DNA of 45,327 nucleotides from Moniliella sp. 'wahieum' (lineage: Eukaryota), in NCBI GenBank assembly GCA_003971905.1, contig RSEE01000087.1:248001-293327 (forward strand), in the 5' to 3' direction. Each line of letters starts with the position of its first letter. Position 1 is the stretch's first letter. Shown here in pieces: positions 11,953 through 23,028 of this stretch. Both the position numbers and the translations under genes were made by a program. The notes beneath the pieces were generated by a model. The model searched no databases and was not told the DNA's origin. It saw nothing but the letters and a program-made list of their open reading frames with translations.

Positions 11953-13120
11953 TCACCCAGCAGCCGGTGCATCGCTCGCGGCCTCCGCAAGCGACGCAGG
12001 AACGAAGGCCGCGACGGCAGCCGCGGCGGCTGGTGCTCCCCGCTGCCCCTCCGCCCCATGCGCGGCATTGTGGGCATTGTGGGCATCGTGCGCATCGTGC
12101 GCATCATGCGCATGGTGGCCATGGTGGCCATGGTGGGCATCCAGGTGAGAAGGCGGCGGGGGCAGCGGGATGCGCTCCAGTGCAAATCTGCGCACACCAC
12201 TTGCACAAATCGCGCCACTCGGCCATGGCGCCCTGGCCTACATCGCCACAGGCCAGGCGCTTCTCAATTGGGCCCACCACCTCGTACCCCAGCACCGACG
12301 ACACGAAGCTAATGTGCTGTGCGGTGAGCGGGTGCATCCACATCAGCGTGTTCATCGCCGGGAAGAGGTAAGTTGGTGTGGTAGGCGACAGAGCACGCAG
12401 GAAGCTCGTCTGGACAGCCCCAAAGCACATGGGAAATAAAGACAAGCAAAACGACAGTCAGCCAGATCTGAAGGTAGCAAGGGGTGTGGGGAGAGGGAGG
12501 GGGGGGGGGGAGTACACCAATATCGCACAGCCCGGCGTTCAGTTGGCCAACAATCGGCCGAGCACGGTGCGATGAGCACCACGTCGCCCAGCGCCTTAGC
12601 TCAATGTGCAGGATCGGATCGCGGACGCGTTTCCACTGCGTCCACTCGTCCTCGTCGGTCCAGAGATGAAGACGGGGCCGCGTGGCGGCCAGACGTGCAT
12701 CCCGTCGTGTCGCAGCTAAATTTTCCATGGCCAAGTCAGCCGGTATAGTAGTCGCTATGCACCTCACTGGCTGCCTGCGCCTGCAGGGCCGCCGAGACAG
12801 GCGATCCCGATCGCCTTGGCTGGAGGGACTGGTACTGGGACTGGGACTGGATCTGCCTCTGCCTCAGCCTCGGCCTCGGCCTCCTCGGCCTCGGGCGGGT
12901 CCTCGCCCAGGCCAAAGTCGAGCGTGGGGTTGGGCATCGGCCGACCGGCGGCAGTCCATGCCATGAGCTCAATCTGCCGATCGAAAAAATGCAACGAGGC
13001 CGGCGTGGCCACTACTTGAACGCGCACATTGCGATGCGCCAGCAAGCCCGACACGATATGTGGCATTTCAAGCTGGCACCGAGCCCGAGCACGCAAGCAC
13101 CAATGGACTGGCCGTTTGCT
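11953..13120 (-). CDS. Phosphopantothenoylcysteine decarboxylase (Hal3/Cab3, HFCD flavoprotein) domain with His-rich tail; apparently the 3' part of the VPS9 gene
   Basis: Reconstructed across indels: HLVLACSGSVASLKMPHIV..VRVQVVATPASLHFFDR, LWTDEDEW..DPILHIELRRWA, VLIAPCSA, GLCD, intron about 12516-12410, LFPAMNTLMWMHP, GPIEKRLACGDVGQGAMAEWRD. The catalytic His and Cys and the PxMN motif are all present. Confidence 0.9.
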
Positions 13121-15830
13121 CGACGGCGGCCGGTGCAGCGGCGGGTACGGCGACAGCAGCGAGGGAGGCACGTCGACTTCGCGCGCTGCAGCGGGCGCAT
13201 GCCCCAGTCGGCGGACGCGCACCCGCGCCGAGCCGGTTCACACGGGTAGCGCAGCCAGTCGTTCCGACAAACTGGCCCGGGGCGCCTCAGCCGCCTCTTC
13301 TCGATCTTCGGCCACGGCGACCAAACTACCTTGCGCTCGCGCTTGGGCCGCTCCGGTTCCCCAGCCGCCGTGGACAAGAGGGGCGGCGCAGGACAGCCCT
13401 TCGAACGGCAGCGGGCGGAGAGTGGGGTCGGGGGGTCAGGTGCGGCTCTGCCTCGTGCGCTGCGGGCACCGAAGTAGCAAGGGAAGTATCAGGCGTGGAC
13501 CCGCTAGGAGGGGTACCAAGGATGCGGCCAAAAGCCGTCAAAGAGCTACCGAGTACGCCCGCAACCACCTTGTTGGACGCGCCGGCAATGTCGCCCAAGT
13601 CGGAGGCAAGGCGTGTGCGCACACGATTGCCAATCGCCAAGGCGGAAAACGACTCGTCCTCCCTCTGTCTCGTAGGAGCAGATTGCGCAGGCAGCATCGC
13701 CGGCGGTGGCAGAACCGATTCGGCGTCCTTAAAGCCCAAGGCCGAAGGCGACACGTTCTCAATAAACGCAACTGCGGCTTGAAGATTGACCAGTGCGTAG
13801 CTTTCTTCTCCGACGGATAGGCCCTGGGCACGGAACCGCTCGGTGAACAGTAGTTGGCTCACCAAATCGCGCGGGTTGGACTTGACAATGCTGTAAATCA
13901 GCAGCGGGAGGATCAAATCGGCCGAGGCGGCGCCCTGGGTCGGCGCGCGGGCGCCCGGAACGTCAACAGGAGCAGTGGGCTCGTCTCCTAGTACGGTTGT
14001 TGCCGGCTCTGCCCCGACGGCATCAATCGCCGGCTCGTCACGCAGTTCAATGGGCGGCAAGCGTGCTACGCCTTCGGCCAACAAATGGTGGGCTTGGACC
14101 AGGACAGCAAGCTTGTCGTGCGGCGTGCGGCAATCCATCGCATCCAGGCTCGTCAGTAACGCGCCGCACTGGCGCACCAGCGTACCCAGCGTCTCGTTCA
14201 CTTGCGCTCCAGCCTCGGAATCGGCGGGCGGAAGGACGGGCCCAAGTGGGGCAGATCGAGACCGAGCAGGTTCAGTGCAGCGATGCGCGAGGCCAACGTT
14301 GCGTCCAACTCGCGGTCGTCGAGTGGTACGGCGCAAACAGGCGGTCGTACAGTTCGGTCGTCACCACCTCCTCGACCACATGCAGTTTGCCTGTGCACGG
14401 TGGCAAGAGCGGGGCTTCATCGTCTTGGACTCGCCCAGCTCGGGAGCAAGTTGAACAGCCACACTAGCATACAGAGATTGCACCGTCTCTGCCATCTCCT
14501 CCACGGACGCTTGGTAGGCAAGGGAGCAGGCCTCCGTGTCCGACTCGGAGCGGGAGCGGGACAGGGGCCCCAGGGGGGGCAGTGTGTGGGATCCGCTGTG
14601 GTTGGAACCAAGCGAGGCAACGCTTGTCCTGTCCGGTTTCCCGCACTGCTGCTTGAGCCTGTGGCAGGATTGGAGGGCATCTGCGGATAGAAGGCGGCGG
14701 CAAAGCTGGTTACTACATCGATCACTGCAGGGGGAATGTTGGCTTGAGCAAGGAGGTGGCCGATGCGCTTTTGCATGGCCGCCGCCATGGCCGCAAGGAG
14801 ATCCGACTTGGAGAGAGCCTGCTCGGTGGGCCAGACGGGGCAGGTGATGGCGGCACGGCCAACTACCTGTACAAAGGAGACATTGTTTTCTTCGGTCGGC
14901 CCTATTGACATGATCGCGCAAGCCGGGCCCGAAGAGCGAGGAGGACGCGAGCCGGCAAACAGCCGTTCAAACGTGGAGCTCGGCCGGGGGCGGGACGCTG
15001 GGCGGGCGGTGGCGCGGCGTACAATAGCCGGGGCCAGGGTGAACTGATCGTCGGAAGCAGACTTGGGGTGGTGTGGGGTGGGGGGGCAGGGGGAGGGTGA
15101 TGTGCGGGTTGGGGGGTCGGTCGCCAGGGCGGCAGAGGGCGGAAGGGCGGAGAGGAGCACAATATCGGCCAGGCGGGCTGGGTCGGTGTGGAGGGTGAAG
15201 CGGGGGTTGGGGACAAAGGCGCAGAAGACGAGGGCGGGCGGGGCAGAGTCGGTGGCGGCGGTGTACGTGGCGCGCAGGCCCGAGAGGGTGACCAGGGGGC
15301 GCCGGCCTGGCGCAAGGGGGGGGTGAGCACGAGATGGTCGAGGACGAGGGCGAGGGGGATTTCCTGGCCCGGGGGCCACGGGGCGCGCGGGAGCAGCAGC
15401 GTGGCATGTCCGCCAGCCAGCAGGGCCAAGACGCGGCCCCAGTCGTTGGGGGGCCGAGCACGGGCACGGCGGCGAGCTTGTCGGCGAGGGCGGCGCCGAG
15501 GGAGGTGGGCGGGAGCGCCAGCTGCGCCAGACGGGTGGCCATGGCGTGCTGGGCGGCCTGGGCGGCAGCGAGGGGTGAGGTGGTGGTGGGGGTGGGCGGC
15601 GGGGACAGTGCGGCGGGGACTGGGGCAGGGGCAGGGGCGGGCGCTGGGGCGGGTGCGGGCGCGGGCGATGGGGAGGACGAGGGCGAGGGCGAGGACGCGG
15701 CCGAGGGCGATGGGGATGGGGAGGACGGCGACGGCGACGAGGGCGAGGGCGATGGGGCGGGGCGCGGGGGTGGGCGTGCGCGGCGGGGCGCATACGCCAG
15801 CGGCGCGTCGTACTCGCCGGCGGCGGGCAT
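13121..15830 (-). CDS. VPS9-domain (Rab5-family GEF) protein with Pro/Ser-rich N-terminus
   Basis: TPHDKLAVLVQAHHLL..SADLILPLLIYSIVKSNPRDLVSQLLFTERFR..GEESYALVNLQAAVAFIENV matches the VPS9 signature. The upstream helical region (VYDRLFAP..DDRELDATLASRIAALNLLGLDL) is present across indels. Start MPAAGEYDAPLAY at 15830 is inferred. Confidence 0.85.
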
Positions 15831-16025
15831 GGCGGTGGTGGGGGGGGGGGGGGGGGCGCATCACAACCGCTGCCCCTAACCCCCTGCATGCAACCCCTGC
15901 ATGTGGGCGGCTGGGCGGCTGGGCGGCTGACGTCGCAGGGAGGGGTGTGCGCAGTCAGTCAATCGGCGTTTCTAGTTTACCCTTTCCAGCCAACCCAACC
16001 GCTCCCCCCCCCCCCCAGCAGCCCC

Positions 16026-18245
16026 ATGGCGCCCAAGGCGGTTGCCTTCGTCGGCTTCGTCGACGTCATCAACGGCCACCACCCGCGCGCCCACCCCTAC
16101 CGCCCGCCCGACCGCCCCGAGCTCAAGGCCCGCCCGCCCCTCCGCCCGCCCGCGGCCGCCCGCGCGCCCGCCGCCTCCGCCCTCGCGCCCTCGCCCGCCG
16201 CCACGCCGCCCTCGCCCGCGAGCATGCCGTGCAGAACTCGGAGCTCGGCCGCGGCCTCGGCTATGCACTCACCGTCCACAACACCAGAACGCCGCCGGCA
16301 TGGGCCTCGTCCCCGACCCCCCCGACGGCGACGACCAGGACCCCGTCGCCCAGCTGGAGCGCGACTGTGCCCCGCCCGCCAGCTCGTCGCTGCAGGCTCC
16401 CTCGCCGGCACGTCCGGCCCCGGCTGGCATCGCCGCGGCCCTGCTCCCGCTGCCGTGTATGCGCTGCCCACGCGCAGCCCACCCCGCGCATCATTACCCC
16501 TGCCGCGGCCCTCGCCTCTGACACCGACGACGACCATCCCAACCACCACCACCATAACCACCACCACCACCCCGACCACGACGGCCGCAATCTCTCCATC
16601 CCCGCCAGCGGCCATCGCCCCACCCCAGTCCGTCTCTTTTGACCCCCAAGCCCGTCATGCAGGCCCTCAATCTCGGCGGGGCGACGAGTCAGAGGAGGAA
16701 GGCTCGACCCCGATGGCACCGAGGACTCGGAGGATGCGTCCCCCTTTCCCAGCATGGGCAACCCGCCCACCGCCTCCACAGCCCCGCCCCGGCGGCCCCG
16801 CCGGAGCCCAACCAGACCCCTGTGCCCATCGAGACCCAGGTACGCGGCATGGTGGGCCCGTCGGTGCAACCGCTGCCTGCGAGTGGAACGAGCCGGTGGG
16901 CCCTCCTGTCCGCGCTGCTCCGCCGCCTGCGCCCGTGCCGCCGCCCGTTTCCCCGCCGCCTGCACCGGGCAAGGCAAAGCGCTTGTCGATGCGGGTGCTC
17001 TGGCCCGCATTCGCTCCGTCACGGCGCCGGTCGAACTGCCGGAGCCCGTGCTTCCCGAACGAAAATGGCCCTGCGCGAGCGACTCAACCCAGCCTGTGCG
17101 TGCGGCAAGTGTGTGCCGATGTTGGAGCGCGCGCAGCAGCCCGACTATTCCCCGCCCTGGTCGCCCAGCGCGGCGCGAAAACATCAAAAGGACAAGACCT
17201 TGGCCGCGAGACAGTTGCCCTCCTCCCGTCTGTACCAGCCCCACCACGAAACGCCGGTGCCTTTTGGCGCGGTCCGCTCCCCGCCCCCCCGGGGCCGGCG
17301 CGGTACGCGTCCCCGCTGGTACGCATCTCCAGCGCTTCCCGCCACGAGCCACCACGTGACGACGTGGTACGCACCGAGTCGCCATGTGTTTGTCCAGGCC
17401 GCGGAGACCGAGGCCGAGGCAGCTCGCGCCGCAGCGCGCGCCGCCGCTCGTGCCAAGGGACGCCAAGGAGGCGCGAGGGAGATGCTGCGCCAATTGGAGG
17501 AACCAAGCCGCGTCCTAGCTCCATCCCGTCGCCCACGCTGTTGCAAGGTTCGGCGGGGTGGAACCCGCGCCAATCCTGGGACCGCTCTCCGTCGCTCGAA
17601 CGGTCCTGGTCGATGGGCCCCCGCATTAGCACTTCTTCTTCCCTCTTGCCCCCGCCCCAGCCAAGTCCCTTGGGACCTAGCTCACCATCTTCCCCCGTTG
17701 CCGCCCATGCAACCAGTCCCACTGCGGATCCCGGCTTGGACTCACCCATGTCCCCGCCAAGGGGGAAGAAGCACGGAACCCCCCCAACCCCCTCCTTTGG
17801 CCCCTTCCGCATCCACCACTCCAGCCCCCCGGCCCAGCCCCAGCCCAGCCCCCCGGCCGCGGCCTGCCTCCGCCTCCACCCCCCCACCTTCTTCTACCCC
17901 GACCGCCCGCAATGGTGCGGTGGCAGCCAAACCTCTTCTCAACGGCCCCGGCTCTAGTGTGACTCCTACTCGACCGTGCCGGCCCCGCGCCGTTCTTCTT
18001 CTCCCCACCACCGTTCTTCTTCTACTCACCACCCACTCTCCTTCTACCCCTCACCGTTCTTCTTCTACCCACCACCGCTCTCCTTCTGTCCCCCAACGTC
18101 CGTCTTCCACCCAGCCCCGCTCTCCTTCGACCCACCGCCCACCACCTTGGCTGCCCCCCAGCGCCGGCCGATCCGGCACCACGACCGAGCTTACTGGGCA
18201 GCCTTAAGCGCCACGTTTTCACTTTCTCTGCGTCCGCGACCCTGA
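16026..18245 (+). CDS. Pro-rich hypothetical protein, frameshifted; divergent from the VPS9 gene
   Basis: ATG at 16026 (MAPKAVAFVGFVDVINGHHPRAHPYRPP), long overlapping open frames with coding-like GC-rich composition, a small Cys cluster (WPC..CACGKC) and an Ala-rich helix. No family recognised; 3' end uncertain. Confidence 0.5.
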
Positions 18246-18822
18246 GGCCCGACCGGTGGTCTCCACTGGCGTGGCTGCCAGATCAAAATGCATACCTTTT
18301 GGCTGGTTTCCACACGAGAGGCGAGAGGTAGGGTAGATGGTACAGGGCAGAGAGAGGGAACCACAGCGGGCACCATGGGAACATGGGAGCGACCCCACCG
18401 AGGGCCCGATGGTGCTGCGCGTCGCCCAGGACAGCGGCATGACTTATTGGAGTGGCCAGCGGGCGCGCGAAGCGGGGGCGCGACGGGACGCACCGGCGAT
18501 GGACTGACTGACCTGGTCTGGCCACCTGGCCAGTGTAGCTTTAATCATGTCACGTGCATGTCACGCCGCTGGGAAGCTGGGTGGCTGGCCCTGGGCTCGG
18601 GTGCCCGGCGGGGGAATTGGTGGGAATTGCGCGCCGTGGCATTCCGCTCGCATTAACATTCCCAATTGGGTCTAAGATCTAAGGTCGGCATGCATTACTT
18701 CAGCTTTCATCCTGCGTCCCCGATGGATGACGTCAGTGCTCAGCCGGCGGCCCGCCACTAGCCACTGCCGCGCGGGACGGACACGCTTGCTGGTCCTCCA
18801 CCATCGCCACCGTGTGCCCAGC

Positions 18823-19575
18823 ATGTCCTCCACTGTCGCTGGCATGAACCCCGAGGACGTCCAGAACGCCGAGGCGTTCGAGATGCAGATGCTGTCCAGG
18901 CCGTGGAGCAGTCCGAGACCTACTGGAGCCTGCTCACCAAGATCAAGGGCAGCAAGCTCCGTCTGACCAAGTATGTTGTGTGCCTCCCCTGACCTGTCCT
19001 CTTTGTTGGCGTCTGTATCTGCGTCTGCGTCTGCATCTGCGTCTGCATCTGCATCTGCGTTTGCGTCTTGAGTGCACCATCTAACCATTGCCCGCATTCC
19101 GTCCCCTCTAGACTGGACGACGACATGATGCCACTTCCTCCAGGTCTTCCCCGAGTACACCTCGGCCGAGCGCGTGCAGAAGCTGGACGAGGACGAGATC
19201 AAGTCGGCGCAGAACAAGCCGCGTTGGCGCGAGTGGATCAGAGTACGAAAAGAAAGGTATGTCGTGCTTGTACCCGGACCAAGTCCACCTGGGCCCAACA
19301 AGGAAATACTGACCATGATGCCTCTCATTCACTTTTTTTTGTTTGCCTGGCGCACCCCGTGCAGTGGCCGACTTAACCTGGCCTCGCTCCTGCGCGTGGA
19401 CAGCCGCGACGAGTACACGCAGACCAACACCATCTTTGTGCCCAAGATGCAGTTCTACATTTTTGAGATTGCGCGTAACCGCCATGGGCTGAACGACTGG
19501 GTGTTTGACAAGGCCGTCGAAGAGAGAAAGGCTGCCAAGGCCAAGGCCACCGCCGACGCCCCTGCTCAGTCATAA
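18823..19575 (+). CDS. PBDC1 / Ypl225w-like (polysaccharide biosynthesis domain, DUF757) protein; 3 exons
   Basis: MSSTVAGMNPEDVQNAEAFEMQ..AVQAVEQSETYWSLLTKIKGSKLRLTK|LDDD..VQKLDEDEIKSAQNKPRWREW..LLRVDSRDEYTQTNTIFVPKMQFYIFEIARNRHGLND. Introns 18971-19111 and 19257-19364 (GTATGT..CTAAC/CTGAC..AG). Confidence 0.9.
19008..19068 (+). repeat. Intronic hexanucleotide microsatellite (GCGTCT/GCATCT)n
   Basis: About 10 imperfect copies inside intron 1 of the PBDC1-like gene. Confidence 0.85.
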
Positions 19576-19879
19576 CACATCCATTCTGTCCCCCCTCCCT
19601 CGCCGCCACCGGTCTGAACGACTGATATCGTTTGTAGCCAGCGTGCACTTGCATGCGTGTGTACTTGTTTGCGCTGCAGGATCAGACGAAGAGCCCGACA
19701 ACTGCCGTCAGCCGAGAGAACAGGCGAGCAGTAGTGGCGATTGGCGACATGGGGCGTAGCGGCGACTGCGCGGAATGAGGCTGAAAAAAAATAGTCACGG
19801 CGGAAAGGCACTGGCGGGGTAAACTGCGGGGCTCCTCTGGGCCGCACGCTCAGCCGCACCAGCGAAGCCCATTCAATAT

Positions 19880-22447
19880 TCAGCGCCTGCCTCTCGTCTC
19901 TTCCACGCCAACTTCTCCCACCTCCTTTCGGATGTTGTTGCTCTCGGGCCCATACATGTAAATACCATTCCTATTCCCAATCAAGCCGTTGCCCTGCTTC
20001 TCGGCGCGGGACCAACCAAGTAATAAGTGATCAGGGAACCCCTCAAGCGCGTCCGGAGCGTTCGTGCCGGCCGGTGCGAGCGGAGCGTTTGCGTTGGGCT
20101 TGTGCTTCGCCCAGGTACACTTCCTGCGCGGGGGACAGGGGATGTGAGTCCGCTTGCCCAAGACCGATGCGGCTTTGGGCGGGGCAAGAGATAAGAGCGC
20201 CGAGGTGGTCAGGTCCCAACACCGTACAAAAGTGCACCAGTTGGATCCCGAGTGGGCCGGGAGTAGAAATGCCCATGACGTAGGCGGCCGAACTGGTCAG
20301 TTGCGCGTTGCCCGTGTACTTGGTCTCCCCCTCGATCGCACGTCGGATCCACGCCGTTTGACTCGCTAGGTACCCGTCCATCTCCCGTCCTGCACTGTCC
20401 CTCTTGCACCCACGCATGCGCATCATAAAAGTCGGCGTGGGGCGCGTTGGACGTGCCGACCGCTCCAGCTCCCGCTGCACTTCGAAAGGACTAGGGTGCC
20501 GTGGACCGCCTAGCCCAATCACGCGAATGTCGCGGGGCCGCTGGGCCGAGGTATAGTCCACCAAGACGGGCAGCGTGTTCGGGGTTGCCCCAAAACACCG
20601 GCCCCCAGCAGCCGAGCAAAATGAATTGACAGAGACAAAATCCGAACCGGTACGGATCGAACGTTGCTGCCGCAGTTTCAACATGGTCGCCCACCAAACT
20701 CGGTTGCTTCCTTCTTCTCTGCCTTTTGCTGGAATGGTGGTTGGTGTTGCCCTTTCCCACCCTTGGTCTCTTTCGTCTTGCCCCTGTTGACCCTCGGCTG
20801 TCGCACGGGCCGAGGGATGGTCCCAGCCGCTTGGGGTACCGGGCGAACATCATCAAGATCGATCGGCATAGAAGGCGATCGCAACCGGTCTCCCGGTCGA
20901 GAGTGACACAGGCGCGATCGTCCGATGCCCGCGGGTCGTTCGTGTTCGGGATGGGAGAGGGGACCAGGCACCCCTGTACCGCCCGAGGCAAGGGTCGTCC
21001 ATTGTAACCACGCACGACCGAAGGGTGCGGGGCTAGGTCTCGCTGCTGGATGGGGCTGAGTTCGCTGGGACACAGAAAGGGGTTGCATGGGTACGGCCCG
21101 GTTGTTCGACCCGATGCGCCAAGGGCATAAACACATCGTACACTTTTTGGTGCACCATCTTTGCCGGCAGAGGGTCCGGCGTAAAATCGCGAAGGACAAA
21201 CCACTTGCGCTGCCCCGTCAGACGATCGCAACACACTGCCGCCATTGTCCGCTGGCTCACCAAACCAGATAAGCGACACGAGCAGGTACATTTCATCCGT
21301 GGCCGCATTGACGTCATATGCCAAGATGGACCGTGGCTGTGCGTAGGCGTACCTCCCCGAATCGTCGCGGTCCCGGTTGGCACGCGCATCGCGCAGGTGA
21401 GCAGGAACGGTGGTTATCTCGTTACTTTCATCTTTTGGATCGAGCCACCAGTGCAGATCCGGGGTGGTAGTGCAAGCCAACTGTTGGGTCTCGAGGTCAT
21501 AGTACTCAAATGTAAACTTGCGCCACACTACCAGCCAGGGCAGAACCAGTTTGGCGTTCGTTACTGATTGCTCCAGTTCGATCACACCGAGCAGTCGATA
21601 GAGCCCGCGTCCGCCTCGGGCGGCGAAGACGAGGATGAATGCTTGGTGGCATCGTCGTGGACTTGACCGACATCGTAGGACAGAGTGTTGTTGGAGGAAG
21701 AGGACGGCGGGAGAGCACAGCTGGCGCGTGAGGGTGTAGATGTGGGTCACGGCCTGCGAGTAAGGCGGTAGGTGAAGTGGGGTTAGTGCCGACTGGGGCG
21801 ACGGCGCAGGTATGACGGAAAACATAAAGTATCTCAGCAGCCTTCCTTCTGCCTGACTGACATGGGCCACCAGGTAATCTCCCTCGGCCGACACCGTTTC
21901 CAGCGCAAGGGAGCGTCGGGCGCTTGGGTCGGTTGGGTCGGTTGGGTGGGCAGGAGGCAGGCGCCAGGACCATCGACGCTGGTGGGTGGATAGCCGTACG
22001 CCATGATCGTTTCGGAAAGCCGCACGACGAGGAGATCATGCGACGGAACAACAATCATGCCATGCACTGCCTCCTCCAAGGCAAGTGGGAAAAATGTTGC
22101 ACGGTGGGAAAGGGGGCTGGACAGGGGAGGCGGCGGCGGGCCGAGGGTGCGGCCGCATTGGCGAGCCGAGTGTTCGTAGAGGAGCACCGCGTCGCGCCAC
22201 GAGCGGACGGTGGACCAGCTGCCAGTCTCGTCGGTGGCGCGCGGGTGGCGAGGAAGCGGTCGAGCGTGGGCATGGGGCCGTCGAGATCGAGGCACCACTG
22301 GCGGGCGAGGCGGGCCCAGAGGCGGTCGTCGTGGAGCAGGGCATGGAAGCGGCGGTTGAGTACGCCGAGGTACACAATCTCGCGCACGTCCAGCACGCCG
22401 GCGCAAATGACGTCGATCACCACATCGAGCAGCAGACGGCTGAGCAT
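19880..22447 (-). CDS. F-box-like domain protein, frameshifted
   Basis: The N-terminus MLSRLLLDVVIDVICAGVLDVREIVYLGVLNRRFHALLHDDRLWARLARQW resembles an F-box (L...V...I...L....L..L..V.RRF..L..D..LW). Successive long minus-strand ORFs (22055-22516, 21506-22054, 20491-21894, 20043-20684) tile the region. 3' end approximate. Confidence 0.6.
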
Positions 22448-22820
22448 GGGCGTAGGGGGAGATGGAGGCGGTGGACAGAGGTGGAGGCGGCGGCGAAGAA
22501 AGGCGGCGGCGAACACCAGGCAGGGGGGGCAGGGCGCAGTGTGTTAGTGTGTTACGCACTAAAGCACCCCTGCGGCTGCTGTGCCTGTCCGCACCCCAAC
22601 GAGATAACCTCGTGGCGCTAGGGTTGCCTGTGGGGTGCTCGCTGACGCTGACGTCAGATGGCCCTGCTGCTTATGTGAGCCAGGGCGCCTGGCGCTGTGA
22701 CGTCAGTGTGACATGCGGTGACGTGGCGGGTGATGTGCGGTGCAGCGGGGGGGCAGGGCGCCTGTGGGGCGGGCGCTCAGGCTGCGCGCTGGAACGCCGC
22801 GCAGCCGCAGCGGTCGATGC

Positions 22821-22853
22821 GTAACCGGTGACCAGTGGCCAGTGACCAGTGAG
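22821..22853. promoter_or_regulatory. 7-bp-periodic TNA-NNNN array in the divergent promoter between the F-box-like and Tvp38-like genes
   Basis: TAA CCGG TGA CCAG TGG CCAG TGA CCAG TGA with T at 22822, 22829, 22836, 22843, 22850. Confidence 0.45.
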
Positions 22854-23028
22854 GCTCCCCGCCGAGTGCACCGCACCGGGTGCGTCACGTGAGCCAGCAA
22901 ACTCGGGCCGAGGCGCTGCGGGTCGGCTGCCTGCCGCTGCTACTTAACCCAGGTCGCCCGCGCCACACCCGCGCCAGCCAGCGCGCAGCCGCCCCCACCA
23001 GCCCCACCCCCCCCACCTCCACCTCCCC

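Noticed and set aside
13029..16642. Long plus-strand ORFs opposite the VPS9 gene (13029-13820, 15188-16642)
   Set aside because: Antisense or out-of-frame products of very GC-rich coding sequence.
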